A DNA stretch of 64,000 nucleotides from Eledone cirrhosa (taxonomy: Eukaryota), in assembly GCA_964016885.1 (NCBI GenBank), contig OZ024745.1, positions 108,004,001 through 108,068,000 of the forward strand, read 5' to 3'. This document shows, in pieces, positions 57,395 through 64,000 of the stretch. The position numbers were made by a program, and so were the translations under genes. Position 1 is the stretch's first letter, and each line of letters starts with the position of its first letter. A model generated the notes under the pieces. The model made no database searches. It was not told the origin of the DNA and saw only the letters and a list, made by a program, of their open reading frames with translations.

Positions 57395-59318
57395 AAAAAT
57401 AAATGATCAATGATATAATAGTGTAGATAATAAAAAATCGTAAACAAATCTATTTTAAATCACAACGACACTACAAATATTTAAAAATGGAAAGTGAAAG
57501 GAAGGGCAAGGGTTCTAGTGTCACAGACGAATGGCAGGGAGAGGAGGGGGTGTGATGGGCTCTAGGCCTAGGGTGCGGCAGTATTGGGGCTGCAACCCCG
57601 TGGACTAGACCGCAAAAGCATTTCTGCAGACAATGGCCAGTGACACCTGCTGCAACAGCCACCCCACCTCATGGGGCTCCTTCCTCAGACGTTCTGATTT
57701 TGCAGAAGAGCTCAGCAGTACAGGGTCCAAGTACGGCTGAGGTCTTGACGGTGGCTGGACAATCCCCGATATTTGTTGGTCTTCCCGTAGATAATTAGTA
57801 TGTTATGTTGTTGTTTAGCACACCTGTGAGCAGCAATATTGATTAAACAGAGCTTTGATCCATGATAATGATTGAACAGACAAATGATCAATAATAGAAT
57901 AGTAACTGAACAGATCTATGATCAATAGTAGTGATTGAATAGGCCTATGGTCAATAATAGTGATTGAACAGATCTATGGTCAATAATAATGATTGAACAG
58001 ATCTAAGGTCAATAATTGTTTCTACTTTAGGCACAAGGCCAGCAACTACCCAGTGCCTCACTGGTACTTTATTTTATCGACCCCGTAAGGATGAAAGGCA
58101 AAGTCAACCATGGCGGGATTTGAACTCAGATCGTAAAGGGACGTAACTATGCTGAAAAGCATGACGTCCGACCCTCCTATGGTCAATAATAGAGATTGAA
58201 CAGATCTATGGTCAATAATAGAGATTGAACAGATCTATGGTCAATAATAGTGATTGAACAGATCTATGGTCAATAATAGAGATTGAACAGATCTATGGTC
58301 AATAATAGAGATTGAACAGATCTATGGTCAATAATAGAGATTGAACAGATCTATGGTCAATAATCATCATCCAGCGGCCTCAGCCGAAATCGACACAACA
58401 ATTGATCTCCACGTGGGTCTGTCATTCATTGCCACTGCCGAATCCTGGACTTCAATACCAGAACCTCTGGAGATGACATCGAGATAGGAGAGCTTGCGCC
58501 CTCTGTTGACAGTGACTGCTTATGGTCAATAACAGTGATTGAAGAGATCTGCCAGGTTGTCTTTCCCATAACATATTACAAGAATTAGATAGCACTACAT
58601 GTATTTAATACTTTGATCCATATACCTCTACATGTTTACATGATTTGTTAAAAATAGTAGTCATATCGCCCTCAAATTACACCCCGCAGTCTTAACCCTT
58701 TAGCATTTAAACCGGCCATATCCAACCACAATCCTCTCACCTCTTTCTGTTCAAACCAGCTGTAACCGGCCGCTCATACTGATGTTAAGGTTTTGTTTAC
58801 AAAATAAATAATATCAAAATCTCATAGATTCGATATTATGAGAGGTAAAGCCTTTACCCTAAAAATATAGTATATATAGAGTAATGTAAATACTAAAGCA
58901 CCTTCAATAATATAGTCCTACACAAAGGTGATAGTGGAATACCTCTGATGACATGTCTGCTTAATCAGGAATGACATTAACCCTTTAGCATTTACATTAC
59001 TCTATATTTACTACTGTATTTTCATGGTAAAGGCTTTATCTCCCATAATTTTGAATCTATGAGATTTTGACATTATTTATTTTGTGAACAATACCTTAAC
59101 ATCAGTATGAGTGGCCCGTTACGGTCGATTCGAACAGAAAGAGGTGAGAGAATTCTGGCCAGATATGGCTGGTTTAAATTGTAAAGGGTTAAGCTAAACA
59201 GTAACAATATCGAATTGCAAGGCAAAGATAGTAAGAATCAAAAATTAAAGTACCAAACCTTCATTTTTTGTTGTAAATAGATTCCACTACCTTGTTTGAG
59301 ATTTGATTCTAAAACATT
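45600..59318 (-). CDS. CNTLN: Centlein-like coiled-coil protein, last five coding exons (gene extends upstream, probably beyond the window)
   Basis: Five phase-0 GT-AG exons. LAKDILNISDLELKDIM...DYKWVTMCEE...FVLPLMDLFMEKLEEK resembles the centlein C-terminus as recalled; not searched. Confidence 0.7.
47805..47999 (-). CDS. CNTLN: CNTLN-like exon
   Basis: atatag|IMSRELIF...DDLTAKL|gtaagc. Confidence 0.8.
48435..48657. repeat. ~220-nt imperfect palindrome
   Basis: tataggttgaacaatgaaaa ... ttttcattgttcaacctata; the arms can be aligned over ~95 nt. Confidence 0.85.
49040..49425 (-). mobile_element. Short RTE-like 3' fragment (family E) with a 70-bp x3 tandem repeat at its 5' end
   Basis: GRPRARWLDNIHELSWSRLG; repeat units start at 49211, 49281 and 49351. 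Other copies at 27945-28145, 51840-52005 and 59850-60075. Confidence 0.75.
50135..50500 (-). mobile_element. RTE (BovB-like) LINE 3' end with C2H2 finger, next to a hAT-like fragment (cagtggttcccaacct at 49977)
   Basis: RLPKQLMYGEL...GRPLKRFKD; FPCPHCPRTCKSRIGLHSH. Confidence 0.8.
50776..50961 (-). CDS. CNTLN: CNTLN-like exon
   Basis: ccacag|NQQHEYS...EQFHKFVK|gtagga. Confidence 0.8.
52195..52290 (-). CDS. CNTLN: CNTLN-like exon
   Basis: acctag|TDIEHQKLLAMTKRKEDLERKHKSLTRILQKK|gtaaaa. Confidence 0.75.
53140..54369 (+). CDS. CR1 LINE ORF1 protein (PHD-like finger, Gln-rich repeats, coiled coil, C-terminal domain)
   Basis: First ATG at 53140. CHIC...CGTC...CLQC...CLGC; RLGRPGPKPRLIRLSF is typical of CR1/L2 ORF1. 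Confidence 0.85.
   Translation: MGRNNKIAMVMSIDEICDKTGRCPKIEHCPEDHTCHICTEPENSFRNRWVECGTCRISVCLQCATGFRKIPGQNKKHHIATMDRLWEMVQLTNWSFQCLGCMPASPITAEQQQRPKIVSSTIVPEQQQQKPRIVSSSTIVAEQQQKPTTVASATTPVEGLHQQQQPMSSSPVTFQQQQPTTVSSTIPVEGEEQQQKPTVNTEFEEIRQMISALSQEIAEIKSSVRVEPHNEGSYRSALLKNLRVPHVEPRRIENATETANHEVIAIGVPEDIVDLQAFATSSSKDLGCAPAKGALRLGRPGPKPRLIRLSFSNSAEARSYLLASDKARRESRIAFRTRPGLPPDVRPKLRAAASLNRSSAEHESFSLRDDGQIWRFVKAGESWKRDTSWSENSVPTTTDNKETEKTLGN
54351..57188 (+). CDS. CR1 LINE ORF2: APE endonuclease plus reverse transcriptase
   Basis: Frame is open from 54351 to the stop. Motifs LNARSL, VTETW, GDFNHP, LDLLF, SDH, NYRPVSLT, YLDFAKAF, GVPQGSVLGP and YADD. Confidence 0.93.
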   Translation, partial: KNSGKLNQNNLPSPAHNHRLESKYKLLSLNARSLCNKIHLFDSYVKSINPDFITVTETWAHPLLCDGVFSMTGYNLFRKDRINRRGGGVMVYVRSNLSAIPCADLNQSQQEVFFCDIRMTMSTLLLGVVYRPPNYYQDTQLCDILRAAARKTATYVFIAGDFNHPEIDWETFRWPPSADDFLELVLDSSWSQVVTSPTRGDNTLDLLFTTTPETVISVTAEEPLGDSDHAMIIANLSLMGSNKNHNHLQTAHFDWNRADWNCYCTELQRPNWLEFYDSGDVNTVLQNILSSIWTACAASVPRKRKKHPKSAIWETAAVRLARKERRNAEREYKLHKSDINRKRRNRSSNHLKQVTKKAVLQFEQRIATSPDSKVFWKYVHSKQRPHSPVGPLRNPHTSQVTDDPKECAELIAECYAGIFTIEDQSVPSPPPMTPDSITTMEFTPAMLRRHLKNKRNHASPGLDGVTYLLLKRGGYFLLRQLSRFFQFCLNNSATPEQWKTASVIPLFKKGDRTSPVNYRPVSLTSCIAKLMESCVRETLWNFWSSHSLIRPSQFGFIPNSSCCDQLIEFLEDITRITDGGSWVDVVYLDFAKAFNSVPHKRLMAKLSAMGVKDDLFNWLKSFILSRREVVTVLGQHSSPYEMSSGVPQGSVLGPLLFVAYINDIDANLRNATVLKYADDIKLYLEIKRTDPEHYRSCLQSDLDTMQQWISDWQLKLAVDKCTTMHFGSKNPASTYSLHSTNIKKSSCERDLGITVSSDLRWTRHVSKIVKRAEGVLASLSKTFVSRSPDIYLRLYTAMVRPHLEFASPVWNPYLAQDIDRLETVQRRATKRIPSIRHLPYSDRLASLGMDSLKLRRLATDLVNTHKIVNHVANNNPECLFDFHVSNTRGHAHKVRKQHSSHDFRKHFFTLRVAEAWNKLPASVVSCRDAASFKASMLPEIRQHYS
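57838..58550 (+). repeat. 29-bp tandem array (gattgaacagatctatggtcaataatag[a/t]) interrupted by two retroposons
   Basis: Degenerate units at 57838-58017 and near-perfect units at 58177-58365. SINE A is inserted at ~58018-58176 and an RTE-like 3' fragment at ~58365-58520 (related to 20200-20380). Confidence 0.9.
59259..59318 (-). CDS. CNTLN: CNTLN-like exon
   Basis: ccccag|NVLESNLKQGSGIYLQQKMK|gtttgg. Confidence 0.6.
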
Positions 59319-60447
59319 CTGGGGGAAAAAATGGAAAAATAAAAATGTTAGGGAAGAAAACAACATTAAAAGACAAAAACTGAAAAATAAAAATGATTAG
59401 AAAAGAGACCCTTTGTTAAGTTTTACCATATTGCAGTGGTTTGATGCTGCTTGGCTGGAATGAAAATCAGTGCTGCAAATACTAAGACACTTGTCTTCTC
59501 AAGGAAGCCTGAACAGTGCAAAAGTTAAAGTATCTTGGGGCCATATTCAAGAGTGATAGAAGCTGAATTAAGTGCACAAATTGCAGGAGCTGGTGCAATA
59601 ATGTGCCAGCTTTAGCATTCAGTAATCAGAAGGGAGATAGGGAGTTTGCCTTTTTCATCTATCTTCAATTCAGTATTCATGCCAACCCTTACCTATAGTA
59701 ATGACAGAAAGAATATGATCACGAATACAAGCAAACAAAATGGGGTTCCTCCAAAGGGTCTTTGGAGTAACATAACTCAATAGAGTACATAGCGTAGAGA
59801 GTTGTTCCAGGCAGAGCCAATACTTCTCCAAATTGAGAGATCACAGTGCCGATACTGTGGGCAAGAGGTTAGAATGTCTCAGGAAAGAATCACTGGACAG
59901 ATTTTACAAGCAAAACCAGCAGGCAAGAGACCCAGGAGTAGACCCAGAGCAAGATGATTGGATAACATCCATGGGATCGGCTGGTCTCACTTGGGGATCC
60001 AGCCAGATCAATTAGAGACAGTTGTTTCCGACAGGACCTGCTGGAAAGAGTGTTTAAAGAGTTTACCCAGAAAGAGAGGGGAGGAGGAGGAGAAGAAGAA
60101 AAGAAAGAAAAAAGAGAAAACATACTAATTTATTGACTACCTTATTTGACTGTGGTTTCCTTCTGTTCCCTACAGAAAACCATTCTGTATGTGTCTGTTT
60201 ACACACACACATATATGAGAGAGAGAGAGAATATGTAGATTTCCGAGTTGTGTTAGGGATAACCACAGTTAAAAAAGGTTCTCACTACATTGGTAGAGTG
60301 TAGGCATTTTTTATTTCATACAGATATGACTCCTACAGGACTAGAATAGCTTCATTCGTATGAAATCATCAGGAATGTCCATATAAATGAAACAGTTCTA
60401 GTCCTGTAGAAATAATTTCTTAAAATAATAATAATAATATATATATA

Positions 60448-60757
60448 TATCAATAATATTAATAAATGGAAAATATCTTTATAAAACCATATTTATTTTA
60501 TTATACATATTTCAAGGGTACCAGTATTTTGGTACGCTTTCGTCATATAAAGTACAATATTTGGTTTAAAGAATAGTGACATATCGACATATGATCTCAT
60601 AACATTAAGTTCATATGTGGATATGTCACTATCTTTAAACCAAATATTGTATTTTATATGACGAAAGCGTACCAAAATACTGGTACCCTTGAAATATGTA
60701 TAATAAAATAAATATGGTTTTATAAAGATATTTTCCATTTATTAATATTATTGATAT
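60448..60757. repeat. ~310-nt near-perfect palindrome; each arm carries a hammerhead motif with a C3->A change
   Basis: Right arm: tattttat-ATGACGA(60658)-aagcgtacca aaatac tggtaccctt-GAAA(60691)-tatgta-TA-ataaaata. The left arm is its reverse complement. Confidence 0.9.
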
Positions 60758-61083
60758 TGTACTCCAGAAGAAAACTGTTGAGTGCTTCTAATCTGTTATA
60801 AATTGACTTTATTGAATAATCAACAAAACAAATAACACATTGTTTATATATATATATAAGTGTTTCAAACTTTATTTTATCATGAGTTAAAGGTCTATAG
60901 ATTTTTCCCTGGATTTTACTAAATTCTGTGGATGAATTTATATCCTGATTCTCTTTTGAGATGAGTTTGAGTTATTTTTCCTAAATCTTTCGTTAACTAC
61001 TTTTCCCATCTTGACGTTATAGTCGCATATATGTTATAGAATGCCGTTAGCTTCTTGCTAAAACAATCTCTATACCTCTCATT

Positions 61084-61135
<52 letters not shown>

Positions 61136-61272
61136 TATGGCACACTACCAACTTTTAGAGATACATTTATATTAATATTCTTGATTTTAAATCTGTTAAA
61201 AGTCAATTTTATGCCTGGCAAGATTTTAACTCAAAACTAAATGATGATGAAAGTAGACATTGTCAACCATTT

Positions 61273-61415
61273 AGCTTCATTGCCTTGACCTTCTCTATTA
61301 TTCACCAGCTTTATTGCCTTGACCTTCTCTATTATTCACCAGCTTCATTGCCTTGACCTTCTCTATTATTCACCAGCTTCATTGCCTTGACCTTCTCTAT
61401 TATTCACCAGCTTCA
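61273..61415 (+). repeat. 34-bp tandem repeat x4.2
   Basis: agcttcattgccttgaccttctctattattcacc at 61273, 61307, 61341 and 61375. Confidence 0.95.
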
Positions 61416-62828
61416 GTCAATCGAGCTGTAAAATTAGTTTGACAATCACTTCTACTTAGCAGTTATCTGTGGTCTTAAGAAGAACATATAGCTGTAAATA
61501 GGATAACATTTGCCCAAAGCAATTTAAAACACTTATTTGTATTTTTAAACAACTGTCACATACATGGCAGCATGTAATAGCAAATGTAAAGGCCCTTAAT
61601 AGTAACCATTGACATCACATCATTTGTTTAACATTTGTTCTTTTACACCACAAACACATGTCCAACATTCTGTTTAGCAAAATTGTAGAAATATATCCTC
61701 ACCCTACAATAATTATGATAAAATCATAAACTAAACAAAGATAAAATGAAAGAGACTTCCAAGTTAGTCTTTATCTTTTTTTGGGGGGGTTTTGTTTTAT
61801 TATCTGTTTGTTTACTCAGTTTTCCTTCCAGTTAGCAGTCTTTCAGCATGGTATGTTGATATCCTTTACAACCAAGTAATGTAATAGAATAGCCTGGAAG
61901 CCAGCTCCAATTCCTTTGAGCCAAGTCAAGATATTATTATTGTTAACAATCTCAAGAGATACCCCCCCCCTCCCTGCACAACGCAACATCTGAGCCAAAT
62001 CTAAAGTTTCTTGCTTCCTTTTAATTCTACACTGGCACCAAAACAACATAATTGTCGTCAGTGCTGGGAACTACATATTCTTTTCTGTCATCATCATCAT
62101 CATCGTTATCATTATTATTATTACAATTACTGCCATTATTATTATTATTATTATTCTATGACAATATCAATACAACATATGCTGACTCATTTACACGAGA
62201 GGAATTATGCAAATAAAAGATGGGTGAATATTTATTTTTAGGATGTGTGTAAGAAGTAAATAAAGAGTGTAAGGTAGTTTTCAATTTACTACTTCTAGTA
62301 TTATCTTTGTACAGAAAATAAGATGAACAAGACCACACATACACACAATAACTTCATGTTTTGAATTTTGTTTTTGTTTTTTTCAAAAGTAAACATGTGT
62401 TTGCTAAATATGCTCACACTTTCAAAAGACACACATACATAGACACACACACACACACAGACATCTTGATTTTGAGAAGTGCTATCACTTGATCCTGTGT
62501 GACGAAAAAATAACCTTTTTTGACTATAGCCAGCCATGCTCATGTAACATACACGAAAGATGTTTAGATGAAGTGATGCCAGTACTTGAAGCTTTGTTAA
62601 ATGAAGTGAAGCCTTGTACTGGACCAATTCTACACACTGAACAACGATGACAGGTATTCAAAGACAAGAATAGTTCAACATCATTGGCTGCAATAGAGTA
62701 CCAGATTTTACATCAGAGTTTTCCTTCTCTTAGAATGCTGTCCTAACAAGGACTAGTGGCCCCTTACTTCTGGTGGGCTAACTGCATACTTGGGCACAAA
62801 ACCCGAGTATATCTGTGTCCCTGTGCAT

Positions 62829-63149
62829 TCATACATACACACACACATACATACATACATACATAATACACACATACATACACACATACATACATACACA
62901 CACACATACATACACACATACATACATACATACATACACACACATACATACATACACACACATACATACATACATACATACACACACATACATACATACA
63001 CCCATACATACACACATACACACATACATATACACACGCACACATACATACACACATACATACACACATACATACACACATACACACACACACACATACA
63101 TACATACACACATACACACACACACACATACACACATACATACACACAC

Positions 63150-63180
<31 letters not shown>

Positions 63181-63209
63181 TACATACACACACACATACA
63201 TACATACAC

Positions 63210-63242
<33 letters not shown>

Positions 63243-63283
63243 TACATACACACATACACACACATACATACACACACACATAC
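62829..63283. repeat. Compound (TACA/CACA)n microsatellite
   Basis: Seen directly; it explains the HT/VCM-repeat ORFs. Confidence 0.97.
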
Positions 63284-64000
63284 AGAAAGTTTGCCTAAAA
63301 AAGGATCCATCATGCGAATGAAACCTGTCATGAGGCCTGCAAGTTTAACACCCCCCCACCCACCCCCACCCGCCCTGCTTTAACAGGGAAAATAGCCTTA
63401 AAACCCCTATTGTTGTTATTATTGTTGTTGTTGTATGTGCCTGTTTTGTAATGGGACACTTTTAATTGTTTTAGTTTTGCCTATGGCTGACATGTAGACT
63501 ATACCCTAACTTACATATAAAAACCTGAAGAGGTTTGAAGCCCACAGGGGATACCACAGTGGCCCACTTATAGAGTACAGCTTCCCTGTTGCTGACCCCT
63601 AGAATATGTGATTGTGAGTAAAGTCTATGTGTGTGATTGTAAGATCTAACTGTGTACATGTGTGATTGTGTGTCTGAGTTAACTATGTGTGTGCATGAAG
63701 TGTGTCAGTGTAAGATCGTGTATGTATGAATGAGAGGTGCAGTGTGATGGAATATGATCTGGTTGTATGTGTATGTGTATGTGTATGTGTATGTGCATGT
63801 GTATGTGTTTGATGTGCAAAATTGGTTGTTTATGTGTGTATGCTTGTGAGCTTCTTTCCTTACTGTGGCAATTTAGCCTGGACGTTGCAAGTATAATGAT
63901 TTATTATCTCCCAGGGAGGATGTGGAACAAAACTCTTTGTTTAAAACTATGAAACATCAACACATCAACACACTCACAAACATACCAACACAAACACACA

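Noticed and set aside
57838-58365. CRISPR-like array
   Set aside because: The units are directly tandem with no unique spacers, and the context is eukaryotic.
61843-62627. Further upstream CNTLN exons
   Set aside because: No ORF with both convincing splice sites and coiled-coil character was found.
62753-63383. Long His/Thr- or Val/Cys/Met-rich ORFs
   Set aside because: Translations of a (TACA/CACA)n microsatellite.

Overview
AT-rich, repeat-dense animal genomic DNA. The repeat landscape suggests a cephalopod/octopus-type mollusc, but that is inference. Two host genes were reconstructed by hand from splice sites and reading phase. (1) A complete 15-coding-exon TAF1C-like gene (RNA Pol I SL1/TIF-IB subunit C) on +, 16761-44229, ~925 aa, with a probable U12 (minor spliceosome) intron at 22219-23061. 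(2) The last five exons of a centlein (CNTLN)-like coiled-coil gene on -, 59318-45600, converging on TAF1C. Mobile DNA includes a CR1-type LINE with two uninterrupted ORFs, a decayed Tx1/L1-clade LINE, many RTE fragments, a Tigger/pogo element, a truncated Tc1/mariner (maT-like) element, piggyBac-type and mariner-type MITEs, and two tRNA-derived SINE families. The most striking unannotated signal is a diverse family of short, (TA)n-embedded, often palindromic elements. They carry minimal type I hammerhead-ribozyme motifs (CUGANGA...GAAA-short palindrome-UA, with pairable stems I and II), clustered at 3.3-6.8 kb and again at 60.4-60.8 kb. A second signal is a canonical -1 slippery site (G GGA AAC TAA) joining CR1 ORF1 to an ATG-less ORF2. 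All calls were made by eye; no searches or folding programs were run.
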